A program made the position numbers and the translations under genes. Positions 11,800-25,239 of a stretch of DNA of 64,000 nucleotides are shown here, one piece after another. The DNA comes from Azolla caroliniana (lineage: Eukaryota; Plantae; Polypodiophyta). Every line of letters begins with the position of its first letter. Position 1 is the first letter of the stretch. The stretch lies in the NCBI GenBank assembly GCA_043228905.1, contig JBHGNT010000011.1, positions 3,782,001-3,846,000 of the forward strand. Direction: 5' to 3'. Under the pieces are notes generated by a model. The model was given only the letters and a program-made list of their open reading frames with translations. It did no database searches and was not told where the DNA came from.

Positions 11800-13900
11800 C
11801 CACCATGTAAGACTGTGGTGGATGGGCAGAGATTGTGAGAGATCTTTGATCTGCAAACATATGGGATGCATGGTTTGATGTAAGTTGTTAGATGTGACGC
11901 TATGAGTAGAAACATGGGGATGCACCATATAAATAAGGCAACATGCTTAAGAGAGGAACATGTAACATGATCTCATTTGAGTTATCTAGCATACCCCTTG
12001 AAGCAAATGATGGGAGTTTGACATGATTATCATTGCTTCAAAGAAGAACCAAATATTATAATTCGGTGTCAAATATCTTAAGTTAGAATGTGGCCACACT
12101 ATCAACCTTTATTTCCATTTCCATTTCCATTTACCAATGGTTATTGGATGATATGGCATGCCATGAATGACATTCAGTCCATGGGGGCATTAGTGGCTAC
12201 AACTAAACGCAGATCGATTCCACAAATGCTGAGGAGACAACAATTATCTCAAGATGGGTATATATATATTAGCCCATTATTTCCGTGAAATGGTTGTTTT
12301 TCTTAGGGAAAAGGACTAATGGCATTGTCTATTGCATACGCTATGGAACATCAGGGATATAGCTATTCCATGGCAAACATTGATGTGCATGCAATGCCTT
12401 CCTCTTGCCAATGAAAGGTGAGCATTGACACGAGGTTTATTGGTTTACATTTAATCTTATGCGAATCTTCCATGTTTCAACTATCCAAACTAGTCAAAGG
12501 GATTATGTGACATTGGCACAAGTAGTTCTAGTGCACAAACTCATATCCCAAAATGGTTCCTATGATGTGTATGCTAGTTTGGAACCATCATCTATCCAAA
12601 AGAACTCCTCTGGTGATGAAAGAGAAGGCGTCCTAATGAACTAAAATGTCCAAAATTCCCCAACCAAGCAATACACAATTCATGTTGATCACATGGTTGC
12701 ACACCCCAAATTTGCAACATGCATTGGTGAACCACACATTGATAATCAAGTCAAGAGAAAAAGCAAATGGAGTCATGAAGGATTTTCTAGTTGTCGAGGC
12801 CACAATCATTTTCCTTTGGGATAAATTACATTGAACAAAAGGCCTCACAACTACACCAATATAGGATTCCTATCTCAAGATTTTGAGTGCCCACATATTG
12901 AACCTACAACTTAGGAATGTATAATTCTCAATGACACAATCCTCGTTTGCAATTAGTTGCATGTTCTACACGAAATACGTCTCATAGGTCCTACAAGAAG
13001 AGCATTGGCTTCACCATTATGATTGGTGAGAAAACTGGACATGATAACTACAACAAAGTTTGCGATATTAAGTCTAGGCATGGAAGGAAGCAATGTTCCA
13101 ATTTGATTGCCAATGAATCATGAGTAATATGGTGCACATGCCTTAACAATGTAATAGCACTTACGAAGAAGCATCAAGTCTTCAAGAAGATCGATGCATA
13201 CATGCACTAATTTCTAGATAAATTAATGCTAGTGAACTTGATAATCCACTAGATTGTCCACATTCAACATTTTGTAACATAATGTGATTTGTAACATTGT
13301 TAGTTGAAATCGTGTTGAGGGAAAGCACAATCAAATCCATTTGACTATAATCGTTACTCACGGTTAGCCCACTAAGAATAGTGTCGCACCATGAGATTTT
13401 CAAAGCATTTACTGTGACATTTATCCAAACACAAACTTAAATAGCAATCACTCAGATAAAATGATCACCAACGACCGTTCATGCATTAGAACCAAATATC
13501 CCTATAGTTCATCAGGTAACCACACTCTCGAACATAAAGATGAAATGTGATCTCTCTTCTTGCCTCAAGTGTAATGAGGCAAATGAGATAGGGATCACTT
13601 CTTATACATGTTATATGTAACCAAAGTTTCATGTTTCATACACATCCATGCCTAAATGCTAGATATCCATTGTGAGAGGTCAAACACATCACCATCATTA
13701 TCTTGGCATCCAACATTAAACCCTTCCTCATGGACAAAACAATGTACAAATATTTGATCCTGTACAAGTATGCGATTTTGACAACAAAAAATAGCATATA
13801 TATCACTTTGCTTGCCCGTATAGTACCAAAATGACAAGGGATATGATGTGCAAAAATGGGGTACATTGCCCACAGCTAGGGTCACTAAAGACACAAAAGC
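11800..13900 (-). pseudogene. Probable highly degraded PLS-class PPR pseudogene
   Basis: Scattered minus-strand fragments resemble PPR motifs: SMPRLN..HNGEANAL (MP.RN...HG...AL), NMQLIANEDCVIENYTFLS (MQ.EG..PD..TF.S), NVWFTNACCKFG (NAL.DMY.KCG), SAFSCSH (LSACSH). Many stops and frameshifts. Confidence 0.35.
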
Positions 13901-14298
13901 CATGTGCAGTAACCTACAAAATACATTATATGTTTCGAAATTTCTGATCTTGAATATAGCTTCAATGCCACTAGATACCAGAATTGTCTCAAATCATTAT
14001 CACATCATGTAGAAAAACAAATTTAAAGAAGAAGAAGATATGACATGACACCTGCCAATCTTCTAGGAAACAGATTTCATTCTGCAGGCTAAATCATAAT
14101 TTACCAGAGACCATCAAATGTACACAAAGTATAATACAAATGTAAATCTTTCTTACCACTTTCATGGTGAAAGAAGTAAACTAAATGTTGTTCATACACA
14201 TATATACTGATGTCTAGGTTATGAGGTCCAGGTTGAATGTCCTTAATTTGATGCGTATAGATCCATATCCATTGACATTGCAAGTCTATCCACAAAGA

Positions 14299-17153
14299 CT
14301 AGGCCCTTTTACGCTGCTTCATTCTTGGAGCACACTCAGGGCAGTACCATTTCCCTTTCGGTCGAGCTATAATGCCCACACACTCATAATGAAACCATTC
14401 AATTTTGCACTGCAAACATGTGGATCCAGTGATTAGATAGCAAAACAAAATATATGACTAGATATGAATGCACATTTACCATCATAATAATTAATACCAC
14501 TGAAGAGAAACATTCATACTAGTACATTTTATCATACAATATTACTATTCCATACACTATTCAAATCCTCATTATTACATGTGACCATTTCATTGATTTT
14601 TCTTTAACACACTCCGACACATACATCCATGATGAATTCTTTACGTTTTCTACTGACATCATTATCATTACTAAATTTTTGTTCTACAATAATGCATTCT
14701 GATTCAAGACATATATCTATCCATACATGAACGTCATACAGCTTCCTGATATGGTGTTAAAAGCAAGGATTTTCTACTCACACTATCATTATCGCATGCG
14801 ACCATTTCACCAAATGAGACTCTATTACAGAGGCAGTATGTTGGTTCATTTGGATCCACAGGTAGATCGAGGTCCATGCTTACTGGTGGTTCTACCACCT
14901 GATGACACCTAAATAATTGTAAATCAGACAAATCAATCAACTCATAGATATAATTATCTGTATGAAGAAGTCTTTCAAATTGCAAAGATCAGAAAAAGCA
15001 AATACTTTTTATTATCAGCTCCAATCTCACCAATAACACCTCCCTTCCCAGTTGTTTTATGCACCTCAAAGCTTGGTTCAAAGATGGATGGAAACATCGG
15101 CTCACTCTCTGTCATCACAGAATGACCTTAATGTCATGTGCCTCTATGGAGTCCTTGCTAATCATTCATATAGAACATGAAAGAACACAAACTATGCTGA
15201 CTGAATTTCTTCAAATACTTGTCCAGCCGACGAATGTGTCCATCCACCTATCAAAAAGGCCACAAATTATCAGAGTCCAAACTAACAAGTATAAAAGAAA
15301 CCACTAAGACTGATCACAGATTTCGGTAGGGAAAATTCCAAGATACCCCAAAGGTTTTGCTAGTTTCCTCAAATGCCCTGGTCAAACCCCTCTTGAGCAA
15401 TTATATGTGCTATTTCCTCTTTGGTTGGTTTGGTGATTTATACCATAACATCAAAGTCATAAAACTGAGAACCAAAGTTCACTTTCCCTGGTCTCCACCC
15501 TGTCCCAAAGATGGTATTGGGTTTCTCATAGCCGTTCATAACTTCTCTGTCTCTCTACTAATATCAATCTTTACTTTGGTTCTATGGATCATGTTCCCCC
15601 CGGCATTAATATATTATCATCATCTTTGGGGGTTGATAACAGGCATCAAGGAAATAACAAAAAACTTTGGGGCATTGGGGGAAATAAAGAAAATTAAAAG
15701 ATACTTCAGAATCTTTGCATTGCTTATTTTTTTGATAACATAGAGCTTTATGTTAATAAAATTCTAGTGGCTTAGCTCTGATTACAAAAGGAAAATTGCT
15801 ATATACATACGGCACTAAGTTTCAAATATTGACAATGGTGAATAATAGTAATTAATGGATTCCTTACTCTCATGTAGGCTTCAGTTGCTAGCTCTATCTT
15901 CTTATCAGCAATTGCCTTGCAAATTTCAGTTGAATTTGTAATTTCGTTTGAAAACTGTGACACTTGTGCTGCACCATCAGACACAAACGCCTTCTTTGCA
16001 TCTTCTAATTCCTGTTCAAACCGATCTTCCAATTGCTTCTGGCATTCTAAACAAAAATGGTCATGTTTTAGAAGGATAAAAACTGGTCTTTGAACGTTCA
16101 TGAAAATTGTATAATAAAAGGTAAAAGACAAAAAGAATCTCTAACTACCCTGCATAAGCCCCTTTAAGGGAAACATGCAAGTTAATAGTCAAATTCCAAA
16201 TCAATTCCTGATAAAAATCTGACCTACCTTGGAAATGCTTATCCAGCTTCCCTATTTCAGTGCAACTGTCACAGAGTTCTGAAGGAAGTGATGCAATACC
16301 TATTCAACATGATGAAATTGCCAACATCAAAACAATGTAGATTCCAGACATTAACATTCATTGCAGCATAGGTAATCTTTAACTCAATTTAATTACATGA
16401 ATATCCGAAACAATAAAATATTTTCTGAGATTATATCATCCTGTATCATCAAACATATGTTTTGTTAGAAGGGCCGTATCTGGAATACCATGAATTTCCT
16501 TTATTTCCCAAATGCCCTGTGTTTGCGTTACTACCCTAAAGTCCCCAAAAGAGACAAAAAAGATGGGATTAATTGGTCATATAATTGGTCAAATACTGCA
16601 TATAACTGAGGGAAAAGGGATTAGCTAGCCATGTAGTTGATCAAACAGCACATTGAATTTGTCTTTCAAGGTTTGGCCTAGGGCATTTGGAGAAATAACG
16701 AAAGTATAGGGAAATTTGAGGAGACAAAGAGAAACTCGGAGATATCTGAAATTTGGGGGTTCTTTCCTAGAAAAAAAATTAGCTTTCCTTTACAACACAT
16801 GTTAAGTTGGCTCTCTTGATGAATCAAATGTTTCACATTAATCATCTCTAACAGAAATTAGCTGACATCAATCCACGGAGTTCAATTATCTGAGAATGAA
16901 ACGCTATTTCACAATCCATATTCTGTGATGCAAAACACTGGATTCCGATTACAAAACACTGCAAATTTGCACAACGAATACATGTTTTTATAATGTTCAA
17001 ACAACCTTCTATAGGTTAAATGCGTGTATATACACAAGTACCATACATGCATAAACCTAAAAAAGGAAACCCTGATCGCAGAGAATGGAGCAGCAAAAGA
17101 GAGATATCGAGAAGAAGGAGCGTACTCTTGATGAATTCATCGAGGTATGGCAT
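14299..17153 (-). CDS. ING1: ING1-like PHD finger protein (inhibitor of growth family), 7 exons
   Basis: Spliced reading: [10 protein letters not shown] (17126-17153) / [15 protein letters not shown] / [22 protein letters not shown] / [15 protein letters not shown] / ... / [31 protein letters not shown] / [28 protein letters not shown]-terminal ING domain and canonical PHD finger. Confidence 0.92.
15325..15715. mobile_element. MITE-like intronic element, copy A
   Basis: Imperfect inverted ends TTCCTCAAATGCCC ... GGGCATTGGGGGAAATAAAG; reverse-complement homolog at about 16470-16780. Confidence 0.5.
16470..16780. mobile_element. MITE-like intronic element, copy B (inverted relative to copy A)
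   Basis: TTTATTTCCCAAATGCCCT ... AGGGCATTTGGAGAAATAA form an inverted pair; both ends match copy A in reverse orientation. Confidence 0.5.
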
Positions 17154-17829
17154 GGCGGTGGATGGAGAACCTCAGCATAAAAAGCCCTAAAAAAGGAAAC
17201 CTTGTTCTCTAATCACTGTCTCCTCCTCCTCCTTCTTCTTCTTCTTCTTTCTTCTTCTTCTTCTTCTTCTTTCTTCTTCTCTGTTGCAAGATAATGATAG
17301 TAAAAGCCTATCTATGGAAATAGCCCTCCTTTTATAACTAAATTACAAAAATAGCCCCACTCATTTTCCTCAAGACTTCAATTCTAGGAAAGCTTCTTCT
17401 ACTATAGCCATTCAAACAAAGAAACACATAAAAGAACACAATCACTTGTAATATGATCATTAGCATTATTGATGTTCGCTCATAACACATCAAAATCCGT
17501 ATCATTAGCATTAATGATGTCTGCTCGCTGGATCTTTGTGTACGATCACTGTCTCGGTGATTTCTTTGTCGTTATGTGTTTACCGTATTATTGTGCTACT
17601 ATTGGGCTATATCCAAACTTAATGTGTTTACCGTATCCAAACTTAAGGTATGATCCATGGTTGTTCTCGGTGGTATGAAACATTGACGGGGGATTGGGAT
17701 CCATCTCTCACATTCGTTAGGAAGTGGTCAGGTGGACTAACACCTTTCTTCCTTATTTAATTTCTTAATTTTGCTTAAAGTTATTAACATTCTATTAGTC
17801 GGTATGAGTAACAACAGGTCGCGATGAAC

Positions 17830-19081
17830 TGTTGTAACGGGTCGCATTGGCCTACAACATGTCACCTTCTATGCTAGTAAAGTGCTACAAGACGCAACCT
17901 CACGAGGCTGGCCCTTGTGTGGGCGCCCATAACTTGGTTGCAAGGTGTCTAAAAAATAAATAAACACACATGCACACACAATTACCTGGTGTTGTGTGTA
18001 TTTACCCTCGATTTGGGATGTGCTTTTATCCTGATCTAGGATGTTATTTTTTTCTTTCCACTCTAATTTTGATCGTGCATATTTTTATCTTTATTTATTT
18101 ATTTATTTTCAAGTATATTTTAATGTTGACCTAAATGATGTATATATATTATGAAATGCACATAAAGAGACTCCAAACCAACTTGCTTAGCTTCTTACTT
18201 CTTGCTCAATTTATAGTCGATAGAAAGGTACCCATTTGGGTTGTCTTAGCTTAGTTATATGCATCCTAAAAAGGGTGTGCTAAAAGGGTGGCCCAAAGGA
18301 CCACATGTACACGACAACATGAAGGCATGCGTGCTAAAAACGGTGTGCTAAAAGGGGGCACAAAGGAACACATGCACACCACAACATGAAGGCATGCACT
18401 TGCAACAAAGGGATACCACATTTCCCCCTAAGAGAAACAAGGAGTTTTATGACATGGAGAAAGTACGGGTGCTAGAAGATGGGCCTAGGGTGGCATAGGG
18501 CTTGATGGGGGCAACATGGGCAGAGGTGAATCTCGTTAGAGCAAGTAAGTAGTGGATTTGATAGCGTGAACTATGGTGAAGGGGCCGATCCATCGGTGCA
18601 TGAGGGATTCATTGAGACTGCGCCGATAGACCGGGAAGTAAACACGGACTTTGGTGCCATATACATAATCCGGGGTAATTCAACCCACGTCGTAGTGCCG
18701 CTTTTGGCGCTGTTGTGTGATTTGTAGGTTTCGAGAGCTGGCTTGTCGAAGGAGGGGGAGCATCTGTTGGAGATAAAGCCCCCAAGTGGCGTTATCCATG
18801 TTGGTAGGTTTGGAATGGATGATTCAGGTGGGAAGCGAGAGTCGCACCCATAGAGTGCTCGAAAAGGGTTGCTTTGTGTTGACGCATGTATGGATGTATT
18901 GTACACGTGGGTGACGAAAGGCAAGATTTGATCCCAGGATTGGTGGCATGGATTGATGTACGTGGCAATCTCTTGCTTGAGGGTCTTGTTGAGGCATTCG
19001 ATGAGGTCATTTGTCTACGAATGGTATGGGGACGTAAACACCGCAACGACATTGAGGACATCCCCATGGAACTAACGACAT
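17830..19081 (-). mobile_element. Ty3/Gypsy 3' fragment (integrase, PPT, 3' LTR start); left boundary approximate
   Basis: Minus-strand TSPYH..QTN..IE.LNKTLKQ..WDQILPFV..YNT...TQSNPFRALYG and RWIGPF (GPY/F) motifs; PPT AGGGGGAAA followed by TG at 18420. Confidence 0.75.
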
Positions 19082-20958
19082 TGTTGAGCGGCAAGCTCAA
19101 TTGGAGCCGGATCGGCTGAATAAGCCTGAGCCGGCAAGCGAGACGGATTGGTAAGCCGGCAAACAACAGAGACGGTGAGCTGGGGAGCCAATTAGCCGGA
19201 TCCAATGGGTAACCGGAAGCCTAGTATTAGTTTAGACTACTAGGCAATTATAGTCTCGTAGTAAGTGTCAGATGCTCGTGTGAGCATTAAAGTACGCGGT
19301 ACTTCTGTCAGTCCCACGAGGACTTGTATAAATAGTGCTACTGAGCACAGTTGTAATGACAAAGTAATTATATCGTTTTTGAATATAGCTTTTACGTTCT
19401 GCTCTCTTTGTCTCTCACGCGTACTCTGTGTATTCCCTACTTTTCTCTGTTTCTAACGCTTCCGCAAGTAATCGTTTACATGGTATTAGAGCGCAAGGGT
19501 TGAGAACCTCCTCTACACCCGAAAAATGCCTGAAAGCAAACCCTAACAGGTCATAAAATAGCAGACAGAGAAGTGATGGATAAAGGGATGGCTAGCTCGC
19601 TCCATGTGGAGAAACTCGACAGATCCAACTATGCATCTTGGTCGTATAAGATGCACTAGTACCTGCTTGGGCATAGCTACTGGAGTTTCGTCGAAGGAGC
19701 CAACGTAACAGCACCTGATGCGGCACATAAGGACTTCCCAATGTGGGAACAATCGGCAAGCAGAATGATGTACTGCTTCGCGTCTAGTGTCGGAGACCAG
19801 CTGTTGAGCCACATTCGAGATGCCAAGACGCCGAAAGAGGCTTGGGGGAACCTGAAGAAGGTGTTCGCCGCGAGCACAACAACCCGGAAGCTGCAACTCC
19901 GACAGGAGTTGAGCAATGTCCGATAGAAGGACATGTCGGTGGCGGATTACACGGCCCGGATCAAAGAGATCTGTGACTCGCTTGCCTCTATCAACGTTAC
20001 CATAGAGGAAGACGAGATGGTACAGGTCTGTCTGGGGGGCCTGACGTCGAAGTTCAGAGCGTTCCGAACGACGGTGTGTACAAGGGAGAATACGCCATCA
20101 TTTTTTGACTTACAGTCGATGCTCCTTGTAGAGGAGAACCACGCCGGAGCATCAACTAGCACACCCACTGACAACCGGATGTTATACACAGAGGCGGATC
20201 GGTCCCGTGGGCGTGGTGGACGAGGCGGGTCGACACGTAATGGAGGCAGCCGGCAAGAGCAAGAATGAAGGCACAGAGAACGTGCCGACAGCAGTTCCGG
20301 GACTTCCACAGGCAAAGGGAGTCATGGCGACACCGGAAGACGGCAAGAGAAGTCTGCAACGGAATGTTGGTACTGTGGCAAAAAGGGCCACAAAGAAAGC
20401 GAGTGCTGGAGAAAACGGGCCGATACAGACAAATCCGGATCCGGCAAGGCCGGCAAGGATGGTTGGCAAAGCTCACACTACGCGAAGGGATCGGGAGGAT
20501 CCAAGAACGGTAATGGGCCAACCTTGGTGATGAAGCACGAGGCGAACTCGATGAAGAAGACCACTTCCAAATCGGAGGAAGTCTGGTATGTTGACTCCGG
20601 TGCGTCGAACCACATGGCGAGCCACAAAGAGTGGTTCTCCTATTTGGAAAAACCGGATCAACCAGGAGTAGTCGAAACCGGAGACGACACTCTTCACCCA
20701 ATCGTGCACGTCAGAGAAGTCCCTTTGAGCCACGTTGGACAGAAGGGGAAGCTGATGAATGTATTACATGTTTCGACAATCATGAAGAACCTGGTGTCAG
20801 TTGGATAGATCGTTGACCAGGGGATGCAGTTGCGGTTTACGCACCTCGGGTGCTTCATCGAGGAAGAGGGCCAGATTATTGCGCAAGGGCGCAGAGATGG
20901 GAGGATGTTTATCCTTGACACCAATGACATCGGCACCGCTTTGTTTGCAAAAGGACAA
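19082..20958 (+). mobile_element. Ty1/Copia 5' part (LTR, PBS, gag-protease) inserted in the Gypsy integrase; 3'-truncated, with in-frame stops
   Basis: LTR TGTTGAGC...TTTACA at 19082-19480; PBS TGGTATTAGAGC (tRNA-iMet type, 1 mismatch) at 19481; gag, zinc knuckle CWYCGKKGHKESEC, protease WYVDSGASNHM. Confidence 0.9.
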
Positions 20959-21012
20959 TTAGGGTTTATGGCTTCCGTAAGGAAAATTAGGGTTTATGGC
21001 CTAATTTTCTGA

Positions 21013-24000
21013 CCGATAACGATCATTGTATCTTGGCCGATCATCGTCCCGAGACCGGTGCATCGTGAGGTTGTATCTATCTTACTGGAGTTGTGACTTT
21101 GTTTAGCAAATTATATTCTCACTAGTCAATCGTATGTGCCTTTGAATGACAGATCAGACAATGTGTGCATAATGTGCATTCCACTTTAGAATCTCACCCC
21201 ATCAACAATGAAAGTCTATAGTATTGTTGTTGTGTATGTGCAAATGTGCTTGAGACTAAGTGTAAGTGTGAGTATATGCGTAATTGTATGAACACATGCA
21301 CATGTGTGTGCATGAGGGTAGATAGGAAAGGTGTGAGATAATTGTGTGTGTGAATGGATGGAGGGGTATGCACCCCTATGTATCCAACCCTCATTGTACT
21401 ATTTGTTGAGAATCAAGCTCAACTTGGTCTAGTGTGTGAACTCACCTTGAGAGTGAAGAGACACTCCAACGGTCAAGAGTCACCATTATGTCACCACTTT
21501 GTATTCTAGCATGATTCTATGACACATAACTTATGAGCTTTCACATTCCCCATGCTCCATGAGCCTTGTAGTTAATGAAGAGAGAGGGTGACTACATAAA
21601 GCACCCTCCTCCCACCTTGTAAAATGTTGACTCTTTCTCCTTTGCTAATATACTTAACCTTGCATATACTCTGTGTGTGTGTCTCTCTCTCTATCTCATA
21701 CACACATACACACATAGTTCACACCTATTCCGCTTCACAAGAATCCATCTCTTGATTCTTTACACTATTTAACCCCCTTGTGGGGCATGAATGGAATATG
21801 AAGAATCTTCCTCTCAATTTCCCTCTCTCTCTTTGACGTCTCTCTCCCTCTCTCACCCTCACTTAACCCCCTTGGGAGGGGGGTGGAGCCATTCTAGATT
21901 CCACCCCCTACCCCATCAACACATTTCCACATCGGTTGGCCAAACTCACACTTCACAACCAACTAAGACACACATAATCTCATCAAATAACTGAGTGCAT
22001 ATTGTGGACGACGCTCGATATTGATTTCGAACATTGAGCATGACCACTCCCATTGTATGGTACAATGTCTCACTCTAATGCTCATTTGTGATTGTCAAGA
22101 CTTGCAAGTAAATGTAAGCATTTGCTTGCCATTTGGATGATCATCAAGAGACATATGGCATCACTATGCGGATCATTACCATTATAGGTCATGCAACTCA
22201 AACGTGAATGGATGATGCCAAAATGGATACAGAACTAGAGTTGACACAAGAAGCAGAAGTCAAGATGAATGTAGAAATTGACGAAAAGGAAGAAATGAAG
22301 TTAGAAGCGTGCACATCAAACTATGGAAGCATTTTAACTGCTCGAGCAACGATGGGAAGCAATGAACAGTGCGGTTATTGAGAGTTGTTGGCAACTCATG
22401 GTAGATTTTAAAAAGGAGTTGCTCATATCTATGGGTGCACCTACAACAACCATTATGGCATCGAGAGGTTCATTAAGTCGGAAGCAACAAATTGGTGCGA
22501 AAAGAGGAGCCATACCCAACATTTCACAAGAGCTTATTGGCAGCTCCCCAAACACAACCAAAACACCCACTGGTAGACTACAAAGAGGTGCTCGTTGTGC
22601 TAAGAGCCGGTTCCTAATATGTGAGACTAAGAAGGTTCGGTGCTTGCAGTGTGATGGTTTGACATTGAATTCAAGAGACTCTAATGCAAATTGTTGCAAA
22701 AATTGTGGGTGTAATCTTGCCATCCTCTTAACAAGAGCCTTGATATTTTAATTTTTTTATTACATTACATCATGTGATTTTTTAGGTTTGTGATTTCTAG
22801 AGTTTGTATATATACAACTCCAAGATTTTGATCTTTGAACATGTATAGTTCAATTGGTGGCTAAAATTGTTGATATTTTGTTTAAATTCAGTGTTGGACA
22901 AAAGTTTTGGTGAGTTTTTATATTTAAAATGCTGAAAATTTGTTTTTTTGAAAATGTTTTTGATATTTTGGGGTAATCTTAGCATTGTTTTAAACAATGG
23001 TCTCTTCAAAAATTTCAGCCGGGTTAGGTTAGGCACATGTACTCGGGTTAGGTTCATGTACCCCGGTTAGGTTTAGGTGTGACAGAAAAGCTTGTCAGAG
23101 TCGGGTAATCATTGTAACGATCATCTCGTTGATAATCATCTCGCCGATTTTGATTTGATCAATAACAATCATCGTATCTTGGCCGATCATCGTCTTGAAA
23201 CCGGTGCACCTACCAAATCCTATCATGTTATTGGTCACCATAAGGTTGTATCTGTCTTACTAGAGTTGCAACTTTGTTTAGCAAATTATATTCTCACTAG
23301 TCAATCGTATGTGCCTTTGAATGACAAATCAGACAATGTGTGCATAATGTGCATTCCACTTTAGAATCTCTCCCCATCAACAATGAAAGTCTATAGTATT
23401 GTTGTTGTGTATGTGCAAATGTGCTTGAGACTAAGTGTAAGTGTGAGTATATGCGTAATTGTATGAACACATGCACATGTGTGTGCATGAGGGTAGATAG
23501 GAAAGGTGTGAGATAATTGTGTGTGAATGGATGGAGGGGTATGCACCCCTATGTATCTAACCCTCATTGCACTATTTAACCCCCTTATGGGGCATGAATG
23601 GAATATGAAGAATCTTCCTCTCAATTTCCCTCTCTCTTTGACGTCTCTCTCCCTCTCTCACCCTCACTTAACTCCCTTGGGAGGGGGGTGGAGCCATTCT
23701 AGGTTCCACCCCCTACCCCATCAACACATTTCCACATCGGTTGGCCAAACTCACACTTCACAACCAAGTAAGACACACATAATCTCATCAAATAACTGAG
23801 TGCATATTGTGGACGGCGCTCGATATTGATTTCGAACATTGAGCATGACCACTCCCATTGTATGGTACAATGTCTCACTCTAATGCTCATTTGTGATTGT
23901 CAAGACTTGCAAGTAAATGTAAGCATTTGCTTGCCATTTGGATGATCATCGAGAGGCATATGCCATCATATGCAGATCATTACCATTATAGGTCATGCGG

Positions 24001-24930
24001 TTCAAATGTGAATGGATGATGCCACAATGGATACAGAACTAGAGTTGACACAAGAAGCAGAAGTCAAGATGAATGTAGAAGTTGATGAAAGGGAAGAAAT
24101 GAAGTTAGAAGCGTGCACATCAAACTATGGAAGCATTTCAACTGCTCGAGCAACGATGGGAAGCAATGAACAGTGCGGATATTGAGAGTTGTTGCCAACT
24201 CATGGTAGATTTTCGAAAGGAGTTGCTCATATCTATGGGTGCACCTACAACAACCATTATGGCATTGGGAGGTTCATTAAGTCGGAAGCAACAAATTGGT
24301 GCGAAAAGAGGAGCCATACCCAACATTTCACAAGAGCTTATTGGTAGCTCCCCAAACACGACCAAAACACCCACTGGCAGACTACAAAGAGGTGCTCGTT
24401 GTGCTAAGAGCCGGTTCCTAATATGTGAGACTAAGAAGGTTTGGTGCTTGCATTGTGATGGTTTGACATTGAATTCAAGAAACTCTAATGCAAATTGTTG
24501 CAAAAATTGTGGGTGTAATCTTGCCATCCTCTTAACAAGAGCCTTGATATTTGATTTTTTATTTATTACATTACATCATGTGAGTTTTTAGGTTTGTGGT
24601 GTCTAGAGTTTGTATATATACAACTCCAAGATTTTGATCTCTGAACATGTATAGTTCAATTGGTGGCTAAAATTGTTGATATTTTGTTTAAATTCAGTGT
24701 TGGACGAAAGTTTTGGTGAGTTTTTATATTTAAAATGCTGAAAATTTGTTTTTTTGAAAATGTTTTTGATATTTTGGGGTAATCTTAGCATTGTTTTAAA
24801 CAATGGTCTCTTCAAAAATTTCAGCCGGGTTAGGTTAGGCACATGTACTCGGGTTAGGTTCAGGTACCCGGGTTAGGTTCATGTACCCCGGTTAGGTTTA
24901 GGTGTGACAGAAAAGCTTGTCAAAGTCGGG
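21013..24930 (+). repeat. Tandem duplication of about 1.8 kb (21013-23106 and 23159-24930) of a MULE-like fragment
   Basis: The two copies are highly similar. Each has a frameshifted SWIM finger (CDCQD..KCKHLLAIW), a Cys-rich C-terminal ORF remnant and CGGGTTAGGTT subterminal repeats. Confidence 0.85.
21404..21764 (+). mobile_element. Copia solo LTR (361 bp) with 5-bp TSD CTATT
   Basis: TGTTGAGAATC...CTTGATTCTTTACA flanked by CTATT on both sides; absent from the second duplicate copy; ends match the LTR at 56366-56714. Confidence 0.9.
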
Positions 24931-25106
24931 TTAGACGTGACAGATTTGATGGTCAGAGCCGGGTCAAATGGTGACAGAGGCTCATTAGAGCCGGGTTGGG
25001 TTTTAGGTGTGCGCTTTTTTGTGGATAGGGATCGAACGGTGCAGATCGCACGCACCATTTGAGACATGTCCTGCACCGTGCGTGACCCGGACCTGCCGGT
25101 TTCCTC
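24820..25106. mobile_element. Putative MULE-like terminal region
   Basis: Clustered CCGGGTT/AGGTT motifs ending at ...GCCGGTTTCCTC, downstream of the SWIM remnant; the partner TIR was not found. Confidence 0.45.
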
Positions 25107-25197
25107 ACCAAAGCCTAATAATTATGATTTGGTTGCAAACCGAAACTAGCGGATGGATGGGGTAGAATGTACTTAGTTGTATGCTTATGTGGACATA

Positions 25198-25231
<34 letters not shown>

Positions 25232-25239
<8 letters not shown>

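Noticed and set aside
11026-11928. Lys/Gly/Phe/Glu-rich ORFs
   Set aside because: They arise from homopolymers and the (TTC)n microsatellite.
20958-21000. TTAGGGTTT motifs as an interstitial telomere
   Set aside because: Only two isolated telobox-like motifs, not an array.
25181-25231. N-terminal extension (RERE) of the GNAT ORF
   Set aside because: It derives from a 5' UTR (GA)n tract; the ATG at 25232 is the more likely start.
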